A stretch of 64,000 nucleotides of DNA from Candidatus Kerfeldbacteria bacterium (GCA_903825245.1 CAIJZX010000012.1:12059-76058); one strand, 5' to 3'. Shown: positions 9,254-19,297, numbered from the stretch's first letter. Notes: a model not told the origin generated them from the letters alone. A program made the numbers and translations.

Positions 9254-9751
9254 CTATTGAATCCCGAATCGCTGTTTTAACAAGAAAATAAACTCCGGAT
9301 GAAGTTTTTCGTTTCGTGTCACCATTTCTTGCAGTTGATCCATAGAAAAATATTCGATTTTCTCAACATCTTGCGGGTGGACAGTAAACGCGCCGTCGTA
9401 CTCACCGCGCATGACGCCTAAAAATTCTTCATGTCCGAGATCGTTTCGATACAACTCCGTTCCTTCAAACATCAACGTGACATTGATGCCAATTTCCTCC
9501 TGCGTCTCGCGAATCCCCGCTTGTTCATATGTTTCACCCGAGGCCACGTGACCACTTCCGGCTGTTACCCAATACCCCGGTAAAAAGTTGACGTTCTGAC
9601 TGCGTAGCTGAACAGCCATTTCGCCTTTCGCATTAAAAATAAATACATGAACAATACGAATCCGCTTGCCTTCAGCGTGAGCGACATGTTTCATTGATGT
9701 TCCTACCACCTCGTCTTTTTCGTTGACCACGTCAACAAGTTCGTCGGGCAT
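9254..9751 (-). CDS. Nudix hydrolase
   Basis: Nudix box GHVASGETYEQAGIRETQEEIGI (GX5EX7REUXEEXGU). Confidence 0.8.
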   Translation of the reverse strand: MPDELVDVVNEKDEVVGTSMKHVAHAEGKRIRIVHVFIFNAKGEMAVQLRSQNVNFLPGYWVTAGSGHVASGETYEQAGIRETQEEIGINVTLMFEGTELYRNDLGHEEFLGVMRGEYDGAFTVHPQDVEKIEYFSMDQLQEMVTRNEKLHPEFIFLLKQRFGIQ

Positions 9752-9788
9752 ACTATTGTTAGTGCGACTTTAAACTTCTGATGCGACG

Positions 9789-10829
9789 CTACAACCGATC
9801 CGTAAAAAAGATAATCAACCCGACAATTGCCGCCATCGCGCCTAAAATCCAAAAGCGCATGACGATTTTCGGTTCACTCCAGCCCTTCGCCTCAAGATGA
9901 TGGTGCAACGGCGATGAGATGAAAACTTTTTTCTTGCGGAATTTTTTTGACGCCAGCTGGATCAACACCGAGGCAGATTCAATCACAAATGGAAACGCCA
10001 ACAGTGGTAAAATGACGATGGTATTCGTTAACATTGCTAACACGCCCAACGTTACCCCAAGACTCATCGCCCCGGTATCACCCATCATAAACCGTGCCGG
10101 TGGAATATTAAACCACAGAAACGCCGACAGTGAACCAACAATCACGGCAATCAAACTCACGAGATCATATTTCCCTTGTAAAAACGCAATCACGCCAAAG
10201 GTCGAGAATGTAATCAACATCGTCCCACCGGCTAATCCGTCCAAACCGTCAGTTTCGTTCACCGAGAATGACGTGGCGACGATGACCAGCACAAAGAGCG
10301 GGATGTACCATAAGCCGATATCAAAATTGCCGAAATACGGCACATGCAATGTTGTCCAGCCAAGCTTCACGGTAAACCACAGTGCACCGAGCAGAGCGAT
10401 GCCGGTATAGATGAGCAATCGATGACGAGCACGTAAACCGCCACCGTGTGCGCCACGTTTGCGTACGTTGTAAAAATCATCGACCAAGCCGACGAGTGCT
10501 GCCAACACGAGAATGCCAATCGGTAAATACGTTTCCGACCGTGACCAAAAATTTACTTTGGCGATCAGATGATGCGACCAGATTCGACTTACAATCCAAC
10601 TCGCCACTAAGCACACCAGCGTGGTTCCCCACACGAGGACACCGGCCATGGTTGGCGTGCCGGCTTTTTGAGCATGCAGGGCGCTAAAAATCGGTGTTTC
10701 GCTAGCATCGCGGATTTGCTTTCCCAAATGATGCCGATAAAGAAACGCCGTCAACATCGGCGTGGCCGCGACCGCAACAAGTGCGGAAACAACGAGTAGG
10801 CTAAAGACGATGATAATTTCGGTAAACAT
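9789..10829 (-). CDS. mraY: Phospho-N-acetylmuramoyl-pentapeptide transferase MraY
   Basis: Polytopic protein with the PARFMMGDTGAMSLG motif and an N-terminus typical of MraY. Confidence 0.9.
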   Translation of the reverse strand: MFTEIIIVFSLLVVSALVAVAATPMLTAFLYRHHLGKQIRDASETPIFSALHAQKAGTPTMAGVLVWGTTLVCLVASWIVSRIWSHHLIAKVNFWSRSETYLPIGILVLAALVGLVDDFYNVRKRGAHGGGLRARHRLLIYTGIALLGALWFTVKLGWTTLHVPYFGNFDIGLWYIPLFVLVIVATSFSVNETDGLDGLAGGTMLITFSTFGVIAFLQGKYDLVSLIAVIVGSLSAFLWFNIPPARFMMGDTGAMSLGVTLGVLAMLTNTIVILPLLAFPFVIESASVLIQLASKKFRKKKVFISSPLHHHLEAKGWSEPKIVMRFWILGAMAAIVGLIIFFTDRL

Positions 10830-10831
10830 AG

Positions 10832-11206
10832 TTATGCTGAATACACGCGAAGTACATACACCACTGCCAGGATATCACACAGGATCAATATATTGATCAC
10901 CAGCGCTAACAGCACCCATAACCGTTGCCAGGTGCGGTGATCGACAATTCGACCAATGACCGCGTGCGAAAGAATCGCCATTAAGCCGATGGCCGGTAAC
11001 GACAGCAATTTTATCCACGACCCGGTCAGGTTAATACCGAAGTATATGGTATAGTGGAGTGGCGTAAATGAGCTTGTCCGCGGTATAAATCGAAGAACGA
11101 CGACCCAGCTTGCCACATTGATGACCAAGGCGACGATCGACAGCCAGCGCGCCTTCCGATTCTGCCAGAGAGAACTGATGAGTGCTAATTGTTTCATACG
11201 AACCAA
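10832..11206 (-). CDS. Small hypothetical membrane protein (about 4 TM)
   Basis: Hydrophobic 124-aa ORF abutting the mraY stop. Confidence 0.35.
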   Translation of the reverse strand: MVRMKQLALISSLWQNRKARWLSIVALVINVASWVVVLRFIPRTSSFTPLHYTIYFGINLTGSWIKLLSLPAIGLMAILSHAVIGRIVDHRTWQRLWVLLALVINILILCDILAVVYVLRVYSA

Positions 11207-12963
11207 TGAAAGTTACCCCAGTAAAATTCTGCCTGATCCTGATTATTGCTTCCGCCTTCACTTGGCAGTGTATCGGCGCATGGCAAGATAGTCAAACCAC
11301 CGACGAAGCCGTCCACCTTGTCGCCGGACGAAGTTATTGGCAAACTGGTAATTTTTCCATCAATCCCGAGCATCCGTCATTGTTTAAATTATGGTCGTCA
11401 TTGCCGCTGGCACTGCTCCCACACAGCCAGATTCAAACGTCAACGAATACCTGGAAAACAAGAAATGAGTGGATAATTGCTGCCGAATACCTGTATACCG
11501 GTCCGGCGCAAGCATTCTATAACGGCCGATTTCTTCTATTCCTAGGACGATGGCAAATGATGCTGATTTGGCTAGGACTCATCATCACCATGGCCAGTAC
11601 TTCTTGGCGACGGTGGGGTCCATGGACGTCGGTGGCGGTAACAACACTGATCGCGTATGATCCGAACTTCCTTGGTCACGGACATCTCGTGACTAACGAC
11701 GTGGCTATGGCGTTTGCCTACCTCGGTACATTTCTCGCTCTCGATTGGTTCACCAGCAAGCCCCGATGGTCACGACTGGCCATCTTCTCCACCGTATTCG
11801 CACTGGCTCAGCTCACAAAGTTTTCTGCCGTTATTCTTTGGTTGTTTATTCCCTTGGTGATGGCCATAGCCATTCTCTACCGCCGTCCGATCATGACCTG
11901 GCGCTGGTGGTGGCGGAGCATCCTAGCCTGTATCATCGTAACAAGTATCGCCACCTGGGCAAGTTATGATTTTCAATTCACACGCATCACAAGCGATCCG
12001 ACGATTGCCCATCTTTGGCAGGAGCGCGCCAAGATCGTCAACACCGATGGCCTCCTCTCGGTTCCTGCCTACACCCGATTGTTCGTGCGCTTAAGTAATC
12101 CGTCAAGCATGACCGGACAACTCATGGATACAGTGCAGCATTGGTCAGTACCGACCTACTGGTATTGGCGCGGCTTATTCTCAGACGCGAGCCACAATGC
12201 GTATGGGCATTCCGGATTCTTACTCGGTCACGCTTCAACCCAAGGATGGTGGGACTACTTCCCTGTTGCAATCGCCGTTAAAGCACCGCTCCTTCTTCTG
12301 TTATCGGTGCTGGCCGGAACAATAGTATTGCTCATTGAAAGCATGCGCAATCGACGTCGACCTTGGCGCCAACGATATCCGTTTACTTTTTGGATATTTG
12401 GTTTTCCGCCGCTAGCCTTTCTCGCTTGGAGTATGACTAGCCATATTAATATCGGCGTCCGTCATGTTTTTCCGGTCTATGTTTTTCTTCCGTTCACGAT
12501 CGTCGCCGTCCTGCGCTACCTCCAGCACTATCGACCAAAACTCGTACCGGCGATTGCCCTCAGTGTCTCCATCATCACCGTTATCGTCGCCACGAGCGCC
12601 TGGCCAAATACTATTGGGTACTACAACGCTTTAGCCGGCGGAACCAATGACGGCCATCGCATCGTCCTCGATTCGAATCTTGATTGGAATCAAGATATCT
12701 GGCGTCTGAAGAACTTTCTTCATCAACAACAGTTTTCCGACATTCACATCGCGTTGTTTGGATCGATTCCAACTCCAACACTTTTTCCCAACGCACTTCC
12801 AATTCTCAATGACCAACAGATTCACGATGGTCTTCGACCGACAGGAATCGTCATCATCTCCGCTGGAATTCTTTATGACGTCCATGGGTCACTTACCTGG
12901 TATCGTACCCAGCCAGCACGGTGGCGAATCGGATCATCGATGTACATCTACGACTATCGTTGA
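11182..12963 (+). CDS. GT-C fold glycosyltransferase of the PMT/ArnT (GT39/GT83-like) family; polyprenol-phosphate-sugar dependent
   Basis: 593-aa polytopic protein with a DE motif in the first extracytoplasmic loop (TTDEAVHLVAGRSYW), which is typical of ArnT/PMT transferases. Confidence 0.65.
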   Translation: MLIVSYEPMKVTPVKFCLILIIASAFTWQCIGAWQDSQTTDEAVHLVAGRSYWQTGNFSINPEHPSLFKLWSSLPLALLPHSQIQTSTNTWKTRNEWIIAAEYLYTGPAQAFYNGRFLLFLGRWQMMLIWLGLIITMASTSWRRWGPWTSVAVTTLIAYDPNFLGHGHLVTNDVAMAFAYLGTFLALDWFTSKPRWSRLAIFSTVFALAQLTKFSAVILWLFIPLVMAIAILYRRPIMTWRWWWRSILACIIVTSIATWASYDFQFTRITSDPTIAHLWQERAKIVNTDGLLSVPAYTRLFVRLSNPSSMTGQLMDTVQHWSVPTYWYWRGLFSDASHNAYGHSGFLLGHASTQGWWDYFPVAIAVKAPLLLLLSVLAGTIVLLIESMRNRRRPWRQRYPFTFWIFGFPPLAFLAWSMTSHINIGVRHVFPVYVFLPFTIVAVLRYLQHYRPKLVPAIALSVSIITVIVATSAWPNTIGYYNALAGGTNDGHRIVLDSNLDWNQDIWRLKNFLHQQQFSDIHIALFGSIPTPTLFPNALPILNDQQIHDGLRPTGIVIISAGILYDVHGSLTWYRTQPARWRIGSSMYIYDYR

Positions 12964-12988
12964 CTACCGACGTCGGTTATGCTATAAT
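12960..12988 (+). promoter_or_regulatory. Consensus sigma70-type promoter TTGACT-N17-TATAAT for the pilus operon
   Basis: TTGACT at 12960-12965, a 17-nt spacer, TATAAT at 12983-12988, ~20 nt before the pilB start. Confidence 0.55.
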
Positions 12989-13009
12989 CGCGGCACGTTC
13001 GGGTGATAG

Positions 13010-14773
13010 TTGTTATCCGAAAAACACTCGCTACCATCAGCCAGCCTGATGCCACACCAACAACAAGTTAAAGACATTATCATCGGATCAAAAATTGCTA
13101 GCCCTGAACAGGTTGAAGCGGTTTTACGGCAGGCTGCTGAAAAACACATTAGTCTGATCGATGAATTGATCAGTGAGAATGTTGTCAGCGAACAAATACT
13201 CTACGAAACGCTTGCTTCCAGCTGGAAACTTCCGTTCGTTGATTTAGCAACCCTAAATATCCGCGGAGACGTGTTAGCGCTTGTACCTGAACCCATCGTC
13301 CAGGTTCACAATATCGTGGCTTATGAAGCAACATCGACCGACGTCAAAGTGGCCATGATTGATCCAAACGACGTCGAAATAATTGACTTCATCTCAAAAA
13401 AAACCGGACTACCAATCAGCGTCGCGCTGACAACACCAACGAGTATTAAGGCCGCACTGAAACAATATCATCGTGGACTGAAAGCAGAGTTTGAACACAT
13501 TTCTGCGCCCAAAGCCGATAGTGAAAAGGCTCCCGAAGATTTAAAACAGCTCGCCTCTGACGTACCGGTCATCCGGGTGGTTGATACCCTGCTCGAGTAT
13601 GCCGTCTACGAAGGTGCGTCAGATATCCACATTGAGCCATCGGAAAAAGATACAGTTGTACGGTACCGCGTCGATGGCGTGCTGCGGGAAGTCATGACCT
13701 TGCCAAAAAAAGTTCAATCCGGCGTCGTCGCCCGCATTAAAATCCTCTCCAATTTAAAAATTGATGAACATCGTTTACCGCAAGACGGACGTTTCAAGGT
13801 ACAAACAGAAGAATATGGCGTAGCCTTCCGCGTTAGTATATTACCAGTTTTCGACGGCGAAAAAGTTGTCTTACGACTCCTGAATGAGTCGGCGCAAATC
13901 TTAACGCTGGAACAACTTGGTTTTCAACCTCGCGTCCTCGAACTAGTGAAACGAAATATCGCTAAACCGCACGGACAAATCTTTGTCAGCGGCCCAACTG
14001 GTTCGGGAAAAACCACTACCCTGTACACCATCCTGAATATCCTCAATACACCAAAAGTCAATGTTTCGACAATTGAAGATCCAATTGAGTACCGTATGCC
14101 TGGTATCAACCAAACACAAGTCAATCCAAAAATCGGTATGACCTTTGCGGCCGGACTACGGTCGCTCCTACGGCAAGACCCAAACATCATTATGGTCGGA
14201 GAAATTCGCGATGAGGAAACTGCGGAAATTTCCGCCCACGCGGCCTTAACCGGACACCTTGTTCTTTCGACCATTCACACCAACGACGCGGTCACGGTAC
14301 TCCCGCGATTAACGGAAATGAAAGTACCGACGTTTCTGATCGCCAGCACCACGAACCTAATTGTTGCTCAGCGGCTCGTGCGAAAAATATGTTCACACTG
14401 TATTGAATCCTACACCCTTTCTCGCCAAGCGATAACGGAATTAGAAAAGCAAATCAACGTCAATTATTTGCTGGACACGTTAACCAAAGAAGGCGCAATT
14501 TTACCCGAACAGAAGATGGAAGATCTACTCTTTTACCGCGGTCGTGGATGCAAATCATGCAACCAGGACGGTTACAAGGGTCGACTTGGCATCTACGAAG
14601 CATTGCAACTCTCCGAATCAATAATCAAAGTCATTCTCGAAAATGGTAACGCCGATGTGGTACGAAAAATCGCCATTTCGGAGGGCATGTTAACTCTGAT
14701 TCAGGATGGTTTTCTCAAAGCGAAGTCCGGTGTCACTTCGATCGAAGAAGTGTTGCGGGTGACCAAAGAATAA
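13010..14773 (+). CDS. pilB: Type IV pilus assembly ATPase PilB (GspE family)
   Basis: Walker A GPTGSGKTTT, Asp/His boxes and a tetracysteine C-terminal motif (CSHC...CKSC). The ORF-track start is TTG; an alternative ATG is at 13049. Confidence 0.9.
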   Translation: MLSEKHSLPSASLMPHQQQVKDIIIGSKIASPEQVEAVLRQAAEKHISLIDELISENVVSEQILYETLASSWKLPFVDLATLNIRGDVLALVPEPIVQVHNIVAYEATSTDVKVAMIDPNDVEIIDFISKKTGLPISVALTTPTSIKAALKQYHRGLKAEFEHISAPKADSEKAPEDLKQLASDVPVIRVVDTLLEYAVYEGASDIHIEPSEKDTVVRYRVDGVLREVMTLPKKVQSGVVARIKILSNLKIDEHRLPQDGRFKVQTEEYGVAFRVSILPVFDGEKVVLRLLNESAQILTLEQLGFQPRVLELVKRNIAKPHGQIFVSGPTGSGKTTTLYTILNILNTPKVNVSTIEDPIEYRMPGINQTQVNPKIGMTFAAGLRSLLRQDPNIIMVGEIRDEETAEISAHAALTGHLVLSTIHTNDAVTVLPRLTEMKVPTFLIASTTNLIVAQRLVRKICSHCIESYTLSRQAITELEKQINVNYLLDTLTKEGAILPEQKMEDLLFYRGRGCKSCNQDGYKGRLGIYEALQLSESIIKVILENGNADVVRKIAISEGMLTLIQDGFLKAKSGVTSIEEVLRVTKE

Positions 14774-14774
14774 T

Positions 14775-15992
14775 ATGGCTATCTTTACCTACACGGCAAA
14801 AAACGAAGCCCACAAAGTCATGAAGGGGGTGATCGTAGCCACCAACGAAAAAACGCTGGCGGAAATATTACAACAACAGGGTCTGACACTCACGTCAAGT
14901 GCAATATCCAAAAAGAAAACTGGTTTGTTGTACCACTGGCTGGAGCAAATCCAAAATGTACCTAGTGTGCAGAAGATTTTCTTTACCCAAAATCTCGGGG
15001 TCATGTTGCGCGGCGGATTTTCTATCAGCCGCGCCATGGGAACACTCGCCCTGCAAACTAATCATCAATATTTCAAAAAAGTACTCCTCGGCCTGCAAAG
15101 TGACCTGGAAGGCGGCGTCAGCTTCGCGCAGGCCTTAAAGAAATATCCTCGCGTCTTTCCCGAACTCTTTACCAATATGATCGCCGCCGGTGAAATCAGC
15201 GGTAAACTCGACGACGTCCTCAAGGCGCTGACGATTCAAATGAAGAAGGATCACCAACTAGTGAGCAAAGTCAAAGGCGCAATGACCTACCCCATCGTTG
15301 TCATTATCGCCATGATTGGTGCCGGGGTGGCGATGATTGTCTTTGTCGTCCCGCAACTGTTAGACGTCTTTAACCAAGCAAACGTCCAGTTACCACTACC
15401 CACACGTATTCTCATAGCTACAAGCCACCAATTGACATCGTACGGCCTCTGGTACGGCCTTGGCGTCATCGTCGTAATTGTTGGGATGCGCCTGATCATG
15501 CAAACGAAACGAGGACACATGTTCTTTGATAGCCTTAGCTTAAATGCGCCAATTCTTGGTCCAATCGTCAAGAAGGTCAACCTGGCTCGATTTACCCGAA
15601 ACCTGAGTTCCATGCTCGCCACCGACATTCCAATTATTCAGGCGTTCCAAATCATTGCCAGCACGATGAGTAGCATTCACTATCGGAAATCAATGGATGA
15701 GGCTAGCCAAGCATTGCGGACTGGAGCCACGATTGCTAAAGTACTTGACCACTACCCCAAGTTGTATCCCCCACTCATCCAGCAAATGGTCAGCGTTGGC
15801 GAAGAAAGTGGTACACTAGACGAGGTGGCCGGCGAACTCGCCACCTTTCTCGAAGAAGAGGTTGATCAAACGATGTCAAATATGTCAACAATTATCGAAC
15901 CGGTGCTCCTGCTCGTGCTGGGCGTCGCCGTCGCCTTTATGGCCATAGCCATTCTCCTGCCGATGTATAATCTCTCTAGCGCCATTAATTAA
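14775..15992 (+). CDS. pilC: Type IV pilus platform protein PilC (GspF family)
   Basis: 405 aa with two GspF repeats and 3 TM. It immediately follows pilB. Confidence 0.9.
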   Translation: MAIFTYTAKNEAHKVMKGVIVATNEKTLAEILQQQGLTLTSSAISKKKTGLLYHWLEQIQNVPSVQKIFFTQNLGVMLRGGFSISRAMGTLALQTNHQYFKKVLLGLQSDLEGGVSFAQALKKYPRVFPELFTNMIAAGEISGKLDDVLKALTIQMKKDHQLVSKVKGAMTYPIVVIIAMIGAGVAMIVFVVPQLLDVFNQANVQLPLPTRILIATSHQLTSYGLWYGLGVIVVIVGMRLIMQTKRGHMFFDSLSLNAPILGPIVKKVNLARFTRNLSSMLATDIPIIQAFQIIASTMSSIHYRKSMDEASQALRTGATIAKVLDHYPKLYPPLIQQMVSVGEESGTLDEVAGELATFLEEEVDQTMSNMSTIIEPVLLLVLGVAVAFMAIAILLPMYNLSSAIN

Positions 15993-15994
15993 TT

Positions 15995-17023
15995 ATGTTC
16001 CCTGTCGCCCTCGATATTAGCGATTCCATTATCCGCCTTGTCACCCTCGAGCAACGCGGGCACCGGTGGAAGCTTCACGTCCGCGCAGAAATACCTGTGC
16101 CGGCCGGGTATATCGTTGATGGTGACATCCAACATCCAGCCGACGTTAGCGCCCTGCTCCAATCGCTCATTTCCGCTAGTGGCATTCACACCAAAAATGT
16201 GAGTGTGGCTTTGCCGGAGCGACATACCTTTGTCAAACTCATAAGTCTGCCTGCCGATAGTACAAATCGAATGGAGGAAGCCGTCCAAAATTCGCTCAAT
16301 CAACATATTCCTTACGGTCCAGACGAGGTCTATTGGGACTGGCACCGTCTTGAACAATTGAATTCACTTGGTCAACCACAAGTTTTACTCGGCGCCTCGC
16401 CAAAAACGACAACTGATGAATATCTCCATGCCCTGACTGATGCGGGATTACACGTCATCTCGGCCGAAATCGAATCCGTGGCTATCGCGCGCGCCATGCT
16501 TGGTCCTGAACCACCGGATGATACCCGTATTATCCTTGATTTAGGCCGCAGCCGATCGACCCTTATTCTCGTTGATCACGGCATTGTTCAGTTTAGCAAT
16601 ACGCTACGATATGCCGGCCGCGAGCTGAACCAATACATCGCTGATGAATTACATATTTCGATTGAACAAGCAGAGCGAGCCAAGGTACTTTTTGGCCTTG
16701 ATCCGAAACGTGGCAAAGGATTACTGCGATCGGTTCTCGCTCCCCACATCGATGCCATTGCTGAAGCGGTTGCGGACGTCGAAGCTTTTTTTCAGGACCA
16801 TTTCATCGACCACCGACCAATTTCGACTATCGCCGTGAACGGCAGTGGAGCACTCCTCCGAAATATTGATTACGAGCTCCAACAGCGTCTTTCACAATCC
16901 GTCGTCGTCACTCCATCATGGATGTACACGCAATTGATGAAAACAGACGCTACACTCCCAGCTGACCTCGGTTTCACCTACACCACAGCTTTCGGTCTCG
17001 CTATGCGTGAATCGCACACGTAA
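15995..17023 (+). CDS. pilM: Type IV pilus assembly protein PilM (actin-like)
   Basis: N-terminus ALDISDSIIRLV is PilM/FtsA-like, and the gene sits in operon context. Confidence 0.85.
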   Translation: MFPVALDISDSIIRLVTLEQRGHRWKLHVRAEIPVPAGYIVDGDIQHPADVSALLQSLISASGIHTKNVSVALPERHTFVKLISLPADSTNRMEEAVQNSLNQHIPYGPDEVYWDWHRLEQLNSLGQPQVLLGASPKTTTDEYLHALTDAGLHVISAEIESVAIARAMLGPEPPDDTRIILDLGRSRSTLILVDHGIVQFSNTLRYAGRELNQYIADELHISIEQAERAKVLFGLDPKRGKGLLRSVLAPHIDAIAEAVADVEAFFQDHFIDHRPISTIAVNGSGALLRNIDYELQQRLSQSVVVTPSWMYTQLMKTDATLPADLGFTYTTAFGLAMRESHT

Positions 17024-17027
17024 TCGC

Positions 17028-17570
17028 ATGATTATCCTGAACCTGATACCTCCCGAACAAAAACACGATCTTGAATCTTCGTGGCTCTACCGTCATTGGT
17101 TTTCGGCGAGCGTACTCTTAGCCATCTTCGCTATTCTCAGCACCGCGACATTTTCCACCACCTGGTATGTCTTAGCTCGTCACGCCAAGGAGGTCAACCA
17201 TACACTGACCACGATTCAACAACAGCAAGCAAAAAATTCCAGTACTGACATCACCGCAACGACGACCCAACTCAATCGCACAATCGTTGCCCTGAACACC
17301 ACCTTAGCCACACCGCGCCCATGGTCGATCAATACCACCACCATTATCAGTTTACTCCCGAGCGGCGTCACACTATCACTCTTGAGCATCCAAAATAACG
17401 GCGCCTTCCACCTCGTCGGTATAGCCGATAGCCGCCAAACATTCCTGACGCTTGATCAGGCGCTCAAGGGTAGTACAAAACTTGCGCAGATTACCACGAC
17501 CTCCACCGCATCAAAACGAACCGCCGTTCCGTTTGACTACTCGGGGCAAATACTCCCTCCAACGTCATGA
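17028..17570 (+). CDS. pilN: PilN-like bitopic pilus assembly protein
   Basis: MIILNLIPPEQK, then a TM segment, then coiled-coil/Q-rich periplasmic part. ATG is 4 nt after the pilM stop; the ORF track started at an upstream GTG. Confidence 0.7.
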   Translation: MIILNLIPPEQKHDLESSWLYRHWFSASVLLAIFAILSTATFSTTWYVLARHAKEVNHTLTTIQQQQAKNSSTDITATTTQLNRTIVALNTTLATPRPWSINTTTIISLLPSGVTLSLLSIQNNGAFHLVGIADSRQTFLTLDQALKGSTKLAQITTTSTASKRTAVPFDYSGQILPPTS

Positions 17571-18088
17571 CCCACCGCACGGCTATCCTCATTCGTCTGG
17601 GTATTGTTTGCGGCATCATTGTTGCTTGTGCCGTAGTTGACTTCATCTGGATTATGCCACAGATACAGGTAACTCGCACCGCCATCGACAACGATCGAAC
17701 ATCAACAACAGTTATTACACAACAGCAATCAAATTTGCAAAAGTTAACACAGGATGTCGGCACTATTACCACTAAACAAGCTGAGCTCGCGCCGTATGTT
17801 TGGCTCTTTGCAAAGGAAAATGATTTCTTTGCCTTTCTTTCGGCGCAAGCAAAAACACACCAACTGACGATGGCTGACCCGGCCATAGTAGATGCAACCC
17901 CAACTGGGGCCTTAATCACCCGCCCCGTGACCCTCACCCTCCATGGCTCACTTGCCAATATCTTAGCCGCCGTCAACGATCTGCAATCACACACTCCGCT
18001 CATTGCTATTCAAAATATCGATTTTGGACCTGGGGTAAAAACAAATGATGTAACGGCAACAATTGTCGCCTCCACCCAATGGCAGTAA
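17567..18088 (+). CDS. pilO: PilO-like pilus assembly protein
   Basis: N-terminal TM, coiled-coil, C-terminal domain. Position after pilN. Confidence 0.6.
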   Translation: MTHRTAILIRLGIVCGIIVACAVVDFIWIMPQIQVTRTAIDNDRTSTTVITQQQSNLQKLTQDVGTITTKQAELAPYVWLFAKENDFFAFLSAQAKTHQLTMADPAIVDATPTGALITRPVTLTLHGSLANILAAVNDLQSHTPLIAIQNIDFGPGVKTNDVTATIVASTQWQ

Positions 18089-18095
18089 TACCACA

Positions 18096-18377
18096 ATGAC
18101 CCTCCCCGCCTCATTTTCTGGCAGTACAAAAATCCTCAATCGGTGGCTCAGCGTTGTCGCTCTTGGCATCGGTTTACTTTGGTTCGGTTGGTCCGCCTGG
18201 CAAAGTTGGTCGTTCTGGCAGGACAAGCCGTTGAGCGGCGACCAAGTTACCGCCAAACAACTCCGCGTAAGCGAAGCCCAGCGTCAGACCCTCTTGACGC
18301 ATCTGAAGAGCTATCAAACCCCAGCAACTGTCGGTATCGTTCCTCTAGTCACCTTCCAGGGCGGAACTGGCTCGTAA
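18096..18377 (+). CDS. Small membrane-anchored hypothetical protein following pilO
   Basis: MTLPASFSGSTKILNRWLSVVALGIGLLWFGW with a single TM. Operon position only. Confidence 0.3.
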   Translation: MTLPASFSGSTKILNRWLSVVALGIGLLWFGWSAWQSWSFWQDKPLSGDQVTAKQLRVSEAQRQTLLTHLKSYQTPATVGIVPLVTFQGGTGS

Positions 18378-18401
18378 TTCTGCCGTACACCAGCCAGGAG
18401 T

Positions 18402-18430
18402 TGACATCATCCCGTGGATACGGTATTCTT
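18402..18430 (+). promoter_or_regulatory. Candidate promoter TTGACA-N17-TATTCT upstream of rpmA
   Basis: TTGACA at 18402-18407 and TATTCT at 18425-18430. Confidence 0.3.
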
Positions 18431-18477
18431 CGCAACGCTAGACACTCGTCTCACCATCTGACGTTTCATCCTTTTCT

Positions 18478-18750
18478 ATGGCCCACACTAAATCAGGCGG
18501 CTCTACCAGTCTCGGCCGCGACTCCCAAAGCAAACGACTCGGTGTTAAACTCTTCGCCGGCCAACCCGCCACTGCCGGAGCTATTCTCGTTCGTCAACGC
18601 GGTTCATCGTTCCTGCCTGGCGACAACGTCGGCAAAGGCGGCGACGATACGCTATTCGCAAAAAAGAAAGGCATCATCACCTTTCAAACGACAACGAAGC
18701 TTCGTCACGACGGTCGCCGCGTCAAACGACGATATATCCACGTCCGATAA
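18478..18750 (+). CDS. rpmA: 50S ribosomal protein L27
   Basis: [24 protein letters not shown]...ILVRQRG...[10 protein letters not shown] closely matches the L27 consensus. Confidence 0.9.
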   Translation: MAHTKSGGSTSLGRDSQSKRLGVKLFAGQPATAGAILVRQRGSSFLPGDNVGKGGDDTLFAKKKGIITFQTTTKLRHDGRRVKRRYIHVR

Positions 18751-18761
18751 TCGACAACCAA

Positions 18762-18792
18762 CACTTCCGCCACCCGGAAGTGGTTTTGTATT
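18762..18792 (+). terminator. Rho-independent terminator after rpmA; may act bidirectionally
   Basis: 8-bp stem cacttccg/cggaagtg with loop ccacc, followed by GTTTTGTATT. Confidence 0.6.
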
Positions 18793-19297
18793 ATGTGTGC
18801 GTCATCGCGCTCACTGCCTCACCCAGCGCCTCGGTAAACGAACGATGGTGACTGAGTAATTCATCAATATCCGGTAAAGAAAATGTATCAACATATTGCC
18901 AATGCTGACGATACTCACGTACTAAGGTAGTAAAATCTCCTCCCGCGGTAATTTCTTGAACCAGTGTTTCGGGTATAGGGCGTGGAGAGCTCCAGCCAAT
19001 TGCTTCGTGCCCCCCGGTACCACGAAGAATAGCTGCACAACTGAGAAAAGCGCCCCCCGGTAACATCACCAAACCCGCGGCCAAGCTCCCGGCCAATTTT
19101 GCATCCGGGTAACGCCGTTGTGCCATCAGCACCCGCTGCCGAGCTTCGGCTAATATAACGTCACGTCCGAGAGGTAAGTCAATATGCGACTTGTCATTGA
19201 CAACCATCCGAACATCACCATTCATGTGATACTCAGCGAACACATCAAGTACCACTTGGCGCTGATTCATATCGTCGGCAACGATCGCGATAATCAT
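18791..19297 (-). CDS. Putative non-canonical purine NTP phosphatase (DUF84/YjjX-like); tentative
   Basis: 168 aa from MIIAIVADD. Loose co-linearity with YjjX-family motifs. The ATG overlaps the pyrG stop (ATGA). Confidence 0.35.
   Translation of the reverse strand: MIIAIVADDMNQRQVVLDVFAEYHMNGDVRMVVNDKSHIDLPLGRDVILAEARQRVLMAQRRYPDAKLAGSLAAGLVMLPGGAFLSCAAILRGTGGHEAIGWSSPRPIPETLVQEITAGGDFTTLVREYRQHWQYVDTFSLPDIDELLSHHRSFTEALGEAVSAMTHT

Noticed and set aside
18143-18859. 238-aa plus-strand ORF overlapping rpmA
   Set aside because: It has an R/S/P-rich low-complexity translation in a different frame from the unmistakable L27 gene.
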